A stretch of DNA of 64,000 nt from Rhodosorus marinus CCMP1338 (lineage: Eukaryota; Plantae; Rhodophyta). A program made the position numbers and the translations under genes. Location of the stretch: contig JAMWBK010000002.1 of the NCBI GenBank assembly GCA_029953675.1, positions 1,116,001 through 1,180,000 on the forward strand. Reading direction: 5' to 3'. This document shows positions 1 through 14,145 of the stretch, one piece after another; position 1 is the stretch's first letter, and every line of letters begins with the position of its first letter. The notes beneath the pieces were generated by a model. That model made no database searches and was not told the DNA's origin. It was given only the letters and a program-made list of their open reading frames with translations.

Positions 1-1201
1 CATTGGAAATGAAACCACCATATTCGTTCTCGTTTTTTTAAAACAATATGTACATGTAGAGGGGCGAGACCCGGATTGAAAAGGTTTGTTATGGGTCTCT
101 CGCCCCTACACATTTCGATTAAACAAATTCATTCATTGAAAAGAGAGTAAATGGGAAAAGGCCTATTTCATTTTTTTCTTACTTAAATATGGAGGAAAAT
201 GTTGGTCGGTGTATGGCTTGTGAGGTGCCTCATGGATGGTCTGCGACATTGTTTTTAGTCTGTTTCCCAACTTTTGAAAAATTGAGGAACTAGATCATTG
301 CCCGTAAACATATATTAGACCTCATACAGACTAGAATCATTCCCAAGTGAACCAGCTATTGGACAATAGAAAGAGGGGGTAGATAAAAATTGTTTGTTTA
401 AAATTAATATTAAAGATGATTACTTATTTAGGAATGTGTTCCAGATTATGAGTCTGTCGGCAGCCGTCAGGACAGTTTTGGAGTTAGTTTCATGGGACAT
501 GATTGGATAGGTGTGTTTTTGACGTTTCCAAGTTGTTCAGCTTAAAAACAGATTAAAATGAACGGCAAATCAGTTTGTAAGCTTTTGTCTTTATTATTGT
601 CGTTTCGATCCCGCGTGCGCTTTTTCGTTGATTCCTTTCCAAATTTACTGGAACACACTTTTTTCGATTCCTATCAACACCATCAGCGTTTGGAGGGATG
701 ATCCAGAGTATATTTTACAATTTTTCAGGAATGTGTTAAGATGTAAGTTTGACTTTAGCGGAGACTTTCAGCGTAAAGCGAAATGTGCAGATTAGTTAAA
801 GAAATAAGGATTGGAAAAAAGGGGACGAGCAGATATTATTGTCGGGTTTTCCAGACGTTGTTGAGACCTTCCAAATGACTGAAAGGATTGGGTATCGGGC
901 ATGTCGTTCCCGCATTGTACGTGGCCAAAAGGGGTTGGGGTTGGGGGTTGTTTTGGAATTGATGATAAACTGAGCTCGAGGGTGGCGATACGAGGGCGAT
1001 TTTACATCCCACCGCCATGAGCTGATTCTCTACTTATTTGCGAAGCTCGATCGGTGACCGGTGTAATTTCTCGGAGAGCACGGCGGTAAGACCTAGAAAG
1101 AAAAACGGGCAGTGTCGGTTTTGGAATGGAGCAGCGTCTAAACGACTTAGTCAGATGTGGGTTCATGGCTCGGAAATGATTGAATTCTCGCCCCCCACCC
1201 C

Positions 1202-2785
1202 TTACAAAGTCCAATTTCTTGTATCGGAGGCCAATATCCTCAGAATGACGTACACTGTAGGAGGATCGAAAAACATCTCGCCCCATAAAATTCCATCTCT
1301 TCCTGACACCGAAGCGAGATACATGACTGCGCTCGCAAGCCACTGCGCCATCCAGGACTTTGGTCCGTACGGGCCTGCAAACCCGTACTGCCCTCTCATT
1401 TTCTCCTGGTGGATGCAGTTCCTCAAGAGAAGATCGACTTAATGTCGAAGGTAGCTTCTCAGATTGATTCGTTGCCTGGAAGCTGTGGGTAAGACCTACA
1501 ACTAGTTTCAGAAGATCTGTCTAATCGGAGGCCAAAGTTCTCGAATAAGCTACGCTAGGAAGGGCGGGGGGATCGCGTTTAGAGAGCGAAGGCAGAGGTA
1601 CGGCAGAAGAGGTACAGCGGCAGAGAGTCAGAAGTGAAGTCAACTACATCGAGTGTAGAAGAAACGGTCGGTTCAAGGCCCAACGTTTCGAGCCTCTTGT
1701 TCTCATTGGTAGCCTTTCGAACAATGTCGAAGGCTATATGAATGCCACGAACTGGATCGGGGCCTTCTTCAATTCCTTCTTTGTAATCGTAAGGGCCTGG
1801 AGATTTTGATTTATTTCCAATCGTACATTGATAGTCTTTTGGAGTTGTCGAGGCCACCTGAATGCCACGACTAGGCTACCCCGTTCACATCCTGCATTTC
1901 TGATTGTACTGTAACGACTGTAGCTGTTGATTCATTTTCAATCGTAGATTTGTTTCCTTTGGGAGAGTATCGAGGGCTATTTGAAGGCCACAACTGGAGT
2001 GCCCCGTAAACTAGAGAAACCATCACGTTCACCTCCTTCGTGTTTTGGTTGACTGCGACGACGGGAGATTTTGATAAGATTTCTTCCCATGGTACACCAC
2101 CTTGGCAAACATAAGAAATGTGAAGCGCACATATGCTCGTGAGCCAAATTGGCCATGGTTTTCCATCTGTGCTTTGAACCTGCGGGGATTGTTAGAGACT
2201 TAGCGTACGATGCCGCATGAGTTCTTTTCTTTCTTTTGCTCCGTACTGGATTTTGAAAACTTGATTCAACTTGGGCATGGAGCCCACTGCCCACCACCTC
2301 CGCTGCCCGCACGATGGCGTTTGCAATGCTTTTTGATTGCACGGAATTGATGCGGTAGCCATGCTCTTTTGTGAAGAACATAGTGGCCGACACGTGGAAT
2401 GAGAAATTTGCTCCCTGTAACCTAGAAATATTCCGCAGGGGTGTTGCGAGGAATTTTCTCCGTTGCTAGTCAAAGGGAGCCTATTTATTACCCCAAGACT
2501 GGAACTGGAACTGCTCCTGTATAGGTTAGATAAGCACCCGACGTCTACTCCAACATTTGGGCAGTGGTGCAATCTGCATGACGCCCACGCTTATCATTCC
2601 CAGGGTTGCGTTGGGGTAAGGTTCTTCATTGTTGTGGTCCGACAGTGTTGACGAAGTGGGTCCTGAACTGTGGTTGAAAAACCGGCACTCTTTAACTTAG
2701 TTGATCGATGCCTTCCGCGATACGTCTGTGCTGGAACGTCGTTCGGCATGAATCCGAGCTTCCTGAGTGCATGTGACCCATCCAA
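1202..2785 (-). other. Coding-like ORF fragments; possible multi-exon or decayed gene of unknown function
   Basis: Several co-oriented protein-like ORFs (GPYGPKSWMAQWLASAV..., GPYDYKEGIEEGPDPVRG..., RWKTMANLAHEH...) at gene-like GC. No family recognised and no consistent splice model found. Confidence 0.25.
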
Positions 2786-4007
2786 AGAGTTCCGTTAAGA
2801 GCTTCAGGGATCGACGGGTGTCAGAATTCTCCCAGTACAATTGTGCAGCGCGTCTATCGTTTTCTCTAGGGTCAGTGGTACTGTTCTGTCTTATTTCTGT
2901 TGTACAGCATCGAGGTGATAGCCGCAACCAACAACTGGCCTGCCGCCTACTGCGATGCAACACTAATTCAATCACTATATGGAAACGCTGGCTTAGAACC
3001 CAAAATCCCGGGTTTCTCCAGCTACATATCTGGAACTCTCACTCCGTCGAACCAAGACCCTGTTCAGTATATCTAGATGATAAAGCATGTTATTTGGAGG
3101 AACAGTCGATATTGAGATGCCCTACACCCCATCAGAATTCCTAAACTACATGGCAGCAACCGATTTTTTCTACCTCCAGCGTCTCTCACCTACTCAGCAA
3201 AATACGAACTATGGTTTACCTAAATCTAATTATACTTTGCATGTTTGCTCCTAGCCTGCCTGTGAGGCTGCTGCTGTCACGTTGTGTCCTAGTCACCCTT
3301 TAAGAGTGTATTGGAACCCATACTGTTCCAGTTGTCCCTTGGCATTCCTCTTCTTCCTTTTACTCATTTCCCTATTTTACCTCATTCGCTCTGTACAAGG
3401 CTTTCCGGTAGTGTTTTTTCTTTTCTCTTTAATTTCAGTATAGTGCTCCTTCTTATCTGTGCGCTCTGCAGCCTAAATGGGAATCGGGAGGATCTCTAGT
3501 CTGCTTCTATTTTTAATGATTCCTTTGTCTACACGACTTGACCTTGCCAAGTAAAGACAAGGCCTAATGAAAGTAAAGCCTAGTAAAAGCAAAAAAAAGT
3601 TGGTTCGGGGAGCCCTAACAAAGTTTGTCCATGAAAGACAGGCTGTTGCTTGGGTCCTTCATAACCCTACCGTTCTCCTACTTCGGACGCTCGGCTTGAG
3701 GCCCAGTTCCACTCACGATGATAGTTATCTCTCCGATCTCTTCATTTTTGTTTCCGGAAGAACCGCTTCCTCGCGTTCATAGGAGGCATGGGCATTACAA
3801 ACATACTGCAGACCCAAAACTTGGAGGTATCCGCCAAGCCGGCAGATCGTCAGACAGGTCATGAATTCAGCCTATGGAACCCAGTTTCACGACTTACGAG
3901 CTTTCCAGTTTATTTAGAGCTTGTTTTCTCTCGCTCGCTCGAGCTAACCACTGGCAGCACTCGTGTTTGCTCTTCTTCCAGCTTTTATGATTGCTTGGCT
4001 GCAAGAT

Positions 4008-4650
4008 CCCAATCCGGGCCTGAGGTTGAGCTGACTGCGAAATCTTTCTCATTTGAGCGAGGGGCAAAAACGAATGCTGCTGTGGCTCGAGTTTCCAGCA
4101 AGTCTCCTCGACGACTCAAACAGGTTCAGAAGGTTAACCCGCACAGTTGACAGTGGGGCGATTTCTCTCCCATAACTTGGAAATGATCTACTTCTGAAAG
4201 AACAGGGCCCGTCGTCGCATCAGCTTTGAAAAGTAGGTCGGTTGTCTTAATTGGCATGTGACCAGGCATTGCCATTGTAGTCGAAGGAGCCTCCAGCCGA
4301 TAGAGGTAGAATCTGGAAGACAACAACAGTTGCCTTGTTCACGAAGAGGGCCCCCAATCTGCCAGTCCGGAACCGACCTAACTGGCGGATCTTTCTCCCT
4401 TGAGCGAGTGGCTATACTAAATACTGTGCTTGCTCAAGTTTTCAGCCAGTCTCGTTCACGACGAAAAGGTACAAAAGGTTAACCCGTACATTGGACGAGT
4501 TCTTCTTCAAATTCGGCGGTGGCCTACTTCTGAAAGAACTGGACCCTCGTCTCGTCAACCCTGAAGAGAAGATCTGTTGTCTTAGTTGGCATTGTGACTA
4601 GGCATTTGCCATCGTAGTCAATGGAGGCCCCGGTGGATAGGGGCTCAACC
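4008..4650. repeat. Diverged tandem duplication (~340-350 bp unit) of the ELP6 3' end and downstream sequence
   Basis: Shared blocks such as aggttaacccg (4131 and 4476) and ctacttctgaaagaac (4188 and 4524). Copy 4008-4305 encodes a frameshifted version of MP(T/I)KTTDLLF(R/K). Confidence 0.85.
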
Positions 4651-5429
4651 GAGATCACTGCGTCTGCTCCGAAGATGATCTCGTTCATTCCTTCAGAAGT
4701 TTCCACGTCACTGTGAACGAGCCCAGTGTAACTGATCCCCAGTCTGCGCACTAGAGACCACAGTTGGTGCAACTTGTTCTCTCCTATTCGTTGCTGCGGA
4801 AAGGAGGACAATTCTTCAGTCTACTAATGCAATTTCTTACAAAGAAGGGTTGAAAACGCCATCGTCGAAGTTTCCAAGTACCTTGAGAGTAGAAAGGTTG
4901 TCGATGATGACGCATGTTGGATGGTATTTTGTTGCCATTGCTTCTTCCAGTCTCTCGCTGAGTTCATGTAGGATATCCTCCGCACAAGTCTCGTGAACCC
5001 GGGTTTCTTTGTCAACGCAAGAAGCGAGTTCAAGCCGATGCTCCGGGAAACTTGGACGCGGAGAGATCGTCTCCATCTCTGTCAAACAGTCAATGAACGA
5101 GATAAGGGGCTCGGTTTTTGTTAAGCTAAGTCCCTACGTTGTTTCGAAACCAGCAGAGTCAGAAACCTAGGCCGTTTCAGCGTCCAAGCGGGACATCGTG
5201 GCGTTCACCAGCATACCAATTTCCTTAGAACCGACAAGTAGTGAAACAGGTGCCTCTCAGTCGAAATAAAAATCACCCTGACGCCGGCCTGAACGTACAT
5301 TCTCATCAGCCATATCAAAAGAAAACCCCCCGACGATCCGGCCTGATCAAGTACAACAAGCCTTCGCCGCCGCTCGGAGATCTCACCCTCAGATCCCCAA
5401 CGGAGAACTGACCATAGTTCAGTTTCCAT
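4524..5429 (-). CDS. ELP6: Elongator complex protein 6 (multi-exon)
   Basis: LVVLDQAGSSGGFLL...FISTERHLFHYLSVLRKL, CVIIDNLSTL, GLVHSD, ADAVISVEPLSTGASIDYDG and LLFRVDETRVQFF match the ELP6 pattern. ATG at 5429, donor at 5216; internal exons not fully resolved. Confidence 0.8.
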
Positions 5430-5951
5430 TGAGCTCTTTTCAATATCGACAAGAAAAGAACTACAGACCTCAGCTTCACTTGCAGCCCCGTCCTCCGCCA
5501 CCGATGACCCTCTCCGATATACTTCAAAACCAATCCAAGAACAGAGGAAATTTTGAAAGTATCTCCACTAACGTCGAAATCCGATCCAAGCCATCCTTGT
5601 AAAAACACTAACGAGAAGATACTTGAAATTGTTATAAAATAAGTAAGGTGGTTTTTTCAACAAAAAAATGTGCCCTATCTGCTGGTCAAATCGTCGATTC
5701 CAACTGGCCCGGTCAACTTTTGATGCCTTATAGCATGCCCTATGCATGCCCTATGCCAAGGTGTTCTTCGGTCCGAATTTCTTGGAGCAGATGAGAAGTT
5801 GTGAAATTGATTCGATAGGGTACGAGCTTGTAAAATTCGCTTCTGCTGAATGGTCGAGGGAGTAAGAACACCGAACATGGTCGAACAAGGGTGCTATGGC
5901 GGAGGTGTGGTCGAAGCACATCCGTCTGCGTTTTCGAATCTGACGTTTTAG

Positions 5952-6900
5952 CTATTGTTTATCATGCGCCCCTTGATCAAGCGAAGAGCTCTTCTTGTTT
6001 AGAGAGGCTGAGATGTACTGTGCTTGTTGAACACGTTCATTGGTGCAGTCGGTGGCAACCAGGAGAGTTGAGGTCGAGAGCTTCCCCGGAGAAGCTGGCT
6101 GCGGGTATCTTTTTCTTGGCGTGTTTATGTTTGGTTTGTTGCTTACCACGCGCGTCCCACGCGTTGAGACCCTTGTTTTCACTGCTTCTGTTGCGGAGCA
6201 CCTCTTCTACTCCCACTTTTTGTCTTAGTTTTCATGCTCTCAGGCTTGTCGTCTGAATATACAATGATGAGGTTGTACTACTAGACGTATGCTTCTTTAG
6301 TGAACATTGACTTTCTACTGTCCTGTGATTCTTCGAATTATTTCAGGACCTGTCCTATCTCCGTTTATTGCTTCCTTTGGCCTGTGCAAATTTTTGAGAA
6401 GCGGATGCGGAAGGAGTGCTAAGTATCTCTCGCTTTCTCCCAGCTTGGCTTTCTCCTCTAAGATCGTGTCCGAGATATCAGGATCAAGATGTGCTGAAGT
6501 ATCGAGTTCATCAACATCTTCTGGGGCAGATTTTGTTTTGAAGTCTTCCTTTCCTGCTCCGTTCTGGGAGCTGGTGAAAACAGTTGTTTGCCCGGTTCGC
6601 ATTGACTCTACCTCAAAGTTGGAATCGTGTATGCAGTCGAATGCTCATCATCATCCGTTTATTCAGAGCCTATGGACCCCGAGGAATAGCGAGTGTTCTG
6701 TGAATTTCTGCTCAAACTTTTCCTCCAAGCCCCTTCCGGAAGCAGTTATTACCCTTAAAATAAGTGTCCGATTGTGCGTAGTACATGTACTACCAACCTA
6801 TTCACTAACTTCCCGAGAAGCCTGCTTGGTTGAGAGAGTATCTCTTCAGAGCGATTGGATGAAGATATTGTCTAAGAAGCTCGCCCTCAACAGGAACCCC
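5952..6900 (-). CDS. Putative multi-exon gene, unknown product
   Basis: Acidic/charged ORF 6315-6602 with flanking protein-like segments and an A/C-rich tract at 7050-7300 typical of minus-strand gene starts in this window. No family recognised. Confidence 0.3.
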
Positions 6901-7386
6901 TAGCGAGCTGGAGGCAATGTCAATGCGATCAATAGTAAACTAGTCTGGAGTTTTGTGGATTGCCCATCCTAGGGGTTTGAAGTCCCATACGCTTAAAAAC
7001 CTTTCTTTTTATCCTACGCGTCTCAATCCTAGCGTCTTTCTATTGCAAAGACAACGACAACGACAACAAAAACACAAAACTGAGAAGGATGCAGCACGTC
7101 ACTCCTAGAGCCGCCAATACAAAGAGATCCTTTTCAAAAAAACTAGCCGAGCAGTTGCCATGTCTTGAGTGGGGTTCCTCTACGAGTTTTCGTCCCGCCT
7201 AAAAACAAAATAGAAATAGCGTCCTTACAATAAAAACAAAACACCAAAACAGGCTCCTCCTCCCTACACTCCAGTTAATAAAAACAAGCATCACCTCGGC
7301 GGCAATCCTAAACTGTTGGATAGAGCCTTGGTTAGTGCAATCCGGGGGGTGCACAAACTAGCACGTACGGCTCTCACTCACACAGT

Positions 7387-7404
7387 CACACACACACACA
7401 CACA
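7387..7404. repeat. (CA)9 microsatellite downstream of PCYT2
   Basis: Direct reading of sequence. Confidence 0.9.
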
Positions 7405-7634
7405 TAGATGGACAGAACGAAACGCTTGGCCTTGCCACTAGACTCATCACAGTTCCTCAACGTACTCCTTATTTTGCAAGTACACCTGCTCCTGAGCTAC
7501 TTTCTTTTCATTCCTCTTCTCGTACTGATCCCTTTTCTATTGAGATGGGAAGTTAACAACGATGAAGACAGACGTTTCAACAACGTGAACAGAAAACGTC
7601 CAAACTCTTGACCTGGCTTTCACCTCGCAAGTGC

Positions 7635-9478
<1,844 letters not shown>

Positions 9479-9499
9479 CTTCAACCAAAAACCTAAAAA

Positions 9500-10560
9500 C
9501 CCACTCCTCCACCCCGACCCCCGAAAACCCCCCCAAAAAAATCCAATAGCACAAATACCAAATCCACAACCTTAAATACAGCTACCCAGGTTCCCTTCAA
9601 AACCTCACCCTAAAGCACTCTAATACCCTTATACACAAACCCTCTCCTCCCGCCGCCTTCCCCACCAAATCCAATACCGTCCCAACTAATAAACCAGTGA
9701 CCTATGCGCTGAACCAATTCATTCCCCCACCATTGCCATTACATATCCCCCTCAGCAATAGCCAGTCATTCCCCTGCACACACCCCCCCCCCCAACCCCC
9801 GCTCCTTCCGACTCCACATCCCTTCCCCTTACCCTTTTCAATACAAATATCCCAGTCTTCAAAAGCAATACCCTCCCTACCAAAAAAATATCCCTGCCCC
9901 CCCCCTCCCTTGAAAATACTTTTAAATACCAAATGTCCCAAGATCAAAATCAATCACCAAAAACTTATATAAAATAATAAATAAAGATTATTCAATCTAA
10001 TTTGATGCTTGGGATGCGTTCATGCCTCTGCCAGACGCTTTTATCAATCATTTCAATCCTTATTTTACTTATAATTAATTATTCAATCAATTAAAATTTC
10101 AGTGTGAATCGGTTGAAAGGGGTGGTCGCCCGGCTACCGTTTTCGAGGGAGGAGGGGGTGGCGCTAAAGGAGGGGGAAACCGGGGGGGGGATGAGGGGGT
10201 TGGAAATTTAATGATGTGTCGACGGCGGGTGAAATTATGGAAAAACAAGTGTGGATTGAATATAGACACGCGTGGAGTTATGATTGGTTTCAATGATTAC
10301 TTTCCGATACTAATGGAGTATGTTAATTGGTTTATTGTATTTGAATTTAGGAATTATTTTTTGGATTGTTTTTTTATTAGGGGTGGGAACTTTTGGAACA
10401 CAGCTTTTCGGAGCCGGAAAAAGGGGGTGGGGGGTGTAAGCTGATTGAATTTGGAGGTGTAGTTTTTGTTGAATTTGAATAGCATTAGATGGGTGGAGCT
10501 GAGGGGATTGATTGGTGGCGATGCGGATTGACTCCGCGCTATGTGATTCTGCGGAGGGGT
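9500..10560. promoter_or_regulatory. Divergent promoter-like island: C-rich tract, AT-rich core, G-rich tract
   Basis: C runs at 9500-9960, AT-rich core ~9960-10100, G runs at 10110-10560. The C-rich side abuts the PCYT2 start; the same layout recurs at other gene starts. Confidence 0.55.
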
Positions 10561-11005
10561 TTTTGTAGATAGGACTTACCACGGGCTTTCTGGTTTATGA
10601 TTGAGTATATCTCTGACAGTCATGCCCGGTTCTCCCCCCCCAAAACACTATTTTTTTTTTTAGGTGCGAAGTAGAAAGTTCCGTTTATTCTTACTGCCGG
10701 GAGAAACGCGATTCAGGTATAAGATTAGACGGTGGCACACGTTTTCTGAAGGCTTTCTATTGTAGTAAGGCTTGGAAGCTTCGGTTTGTGTAAAAAGGAA
10801 TTCGTTCAGCGCTTCTCTGTCAGTGCGAAAGTGAGAGCCATGCCCGAGATTTTGGATATGGTTAGCTTTCTATCACGGTTTCCTCTCCAGCTTGTTGCCG
10901 TTTTCGGTAGGGTCGATCGCGCTTTGGAACTGTTCAGGCACTCATCGCGGTTCGCTTTAGTGAGTTCGTCATTGGGCACCGAGCTGTTTCTGGTTGGCCT
11001 CCGAC

Positions 11006-11692
11006 TTAGGACGTCTTGAGCATGGTTGCCACAACGTCCGGATCAGGCTTACAGATGTCTTTCCAATCCGGAAGGTCCGTTTCGATGTTGACAATGTCCA
11101 TATCCGGGATCTTGTCCGCGATCAATACTTCGAGCTGCTTGTAGACGTGCTTGTTTCCCTTCGAATTGAAATGAATTCCATCGACGAGATCGGACTCGTT
11201 CGTCGTGCTAAAGAGATCGATGCTGTGGACGCCTTCTTCAATAGCCAGTTGCAAGACGGCATCTGCGTATCGCTCGGTGTGCTCCGCAGTTCGTACCGGC
11301 GTGACTCCGTCGGGTTTGCCAAGGTCTACAAACGGAGGCGTCATCAGAACAATATTCTGGGTCTCCCTTTCCTTCAGAAGCAATATCAGCTGCTTCAGGT
11401 TCTTCGTGTAAGTCTCAACGTCCACATCATTGTTTGTGCCGGCACCTATGATTGCCGCATCGTTGGCTCCCAGACATATCACACACAGATGCAGTATGCG
11501 GGGAACACCAACGAGAATAGAATCAATTCTATCCATGACCATCGTCGTATTGTATCCTGAGTATCCACGTAACACAACGTCCGCGTGTCTCTGGTAGGCA
11601 TGCGCAAACGAACCCACAAATCCACACAACTCCTGATTCATCCCATTCTGCGTCAACGAGTCTCCCAGAAACAATACACGTTTTCGATTCAT
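11006..11692 (-). CDS. IAH1: SGNH/GDSL hydrolase, isoamyl acetate-hydrolysing esterase 1-like (single exon)
   Basis: FLGDSLT, DVVLRGYSGYNT, ICLGANDAA, LMTPP, DGIHF and PDWKD motifs. Confidence 0.92.
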   Translation of the reverse strand: MNRKRVLFLGDSLTQNGMNQELCGFVGSFAHAYQRHADVVLRGYSGYNTTMVMDRIDSILVGVPRILHLCVICLGANDAAIIGAGTNNDVDVETYTKNLKQLILLLKERETQNIVLMTPPFVDLGKPDGVTPVRTAEHTERYADAVLQLAIEEGVHSIDLFSTTNESDLVDGIHFNSKGNKHVYKQLEVLIADKIPDMDIVNIETDLPDWKDICKPDPDVVATMLKTS

Positions 11693-12831
11693 CTTCTCCA
11701 AAAAATCTGCTCACAAATGGAACTTTTCAATCCCTCAGAGCGAATATTCTCATGCGACTCGGCCACCTCGACTTTGTCTGTCTCCGGCTACTCTGTTCCC
11801 AAGGCCTCGGTTACAACCGAAGCTCCGTCAATCCTTGTCCGGCGGGAAGACGATAGCTGAACTATGTTCGAATACATTGTTTAGTCTCTTTTCGGGACAG
11901 TCAGGTGAAAACTGGGACACACGAGCACGCTCTCTGAATAAGCGATGGTGGAACATATCATGCCTATCGGATTGCTCTGAACGCATGCTAGCAGCTCAGC
12001 TCACCTTGCAAGGACACTTTGCTATGCAGCCGGATTCATGGCTTCTACTAATTTGGGGGCGATGGCTTGGGGTATTGCTGACCGAGATCTGGAAGAGTTC
12101 GTTGTTGGGTGAGCTGCTCGGCGATGGATGTTTGCATGGATTAAGACAGCTTGGAGACCAATAGTCTACTGAAAAATTCGTTTCTTGGAAGCATACCCAC
12201 GTTCCAAAGTGAAATTAATAGTAACCGATAGGTGGTGAATTCGTAAAAGGCTCTCTTGTGGCTTACATCGTGGGAGGATGACTGGAAATACTCGGCAGTC
12301 AGTTGTTGTGTTAGAGCTAGAACGAATTGGGCGCTGATTGGATGGAGGTGCCTTCCGCATGGAATTGATTCATGCTGAATGTTGATTCGACTCCGACATC
12401 TAACATGGCTTTGGTTTTGTATCCGTCAGTGAGGCAAAAGCGTGCAGATTCAGCCTCTTGCAGCACGAGCTTATCATGTTCACCTCTTGTGCAAGAAGGT
12501 ACTGAAATTGGAACTGCGAAACTCTCAACAGTTATCAACGACAACCAGTCTTTTTTGCGGGTATCAAATTCAGGCGTTTTTCCCAAACTGCACACAAAGA
12601 GTTCAGTTATCTACAATTTTAGATGGAGGAAATCAGGTTTTTTGGCTTCTTCCTGGTATATATCCAATTTTGTCGAGTATCCAACTTGGACACTCCGAGG
12701 CACAGCGAGTCGATCATCAATCAGCGTCCCACTGATTAAGCGTCCTCCTAAATTCAAGCAGCTGAATTCCTTCCAGAGTACCGTTGTACAATAAGGCAGC
12801 TCTCGCATCTGGCCCTAAGTCTTCTGAAGCG

Positions 12832-14145
<1,314 letters not shown>

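Noticed and set aside
1738-1872. Short direct repeat tgaatgccacga at ~1740 and ~1859
   Set aside because: 12-bp match only; no TSD/LTR context.
10994-11560. Long plus-strand ORF opposite IAH1, and similar shadow ORFs (6307-6903, 12372-12794, 22287-22784, 35372-36067, 37480-37896, 38243-38647, 52483-52887)
   Set aside because: Antisense shadows of real or probable coding exons with no independent motifs.
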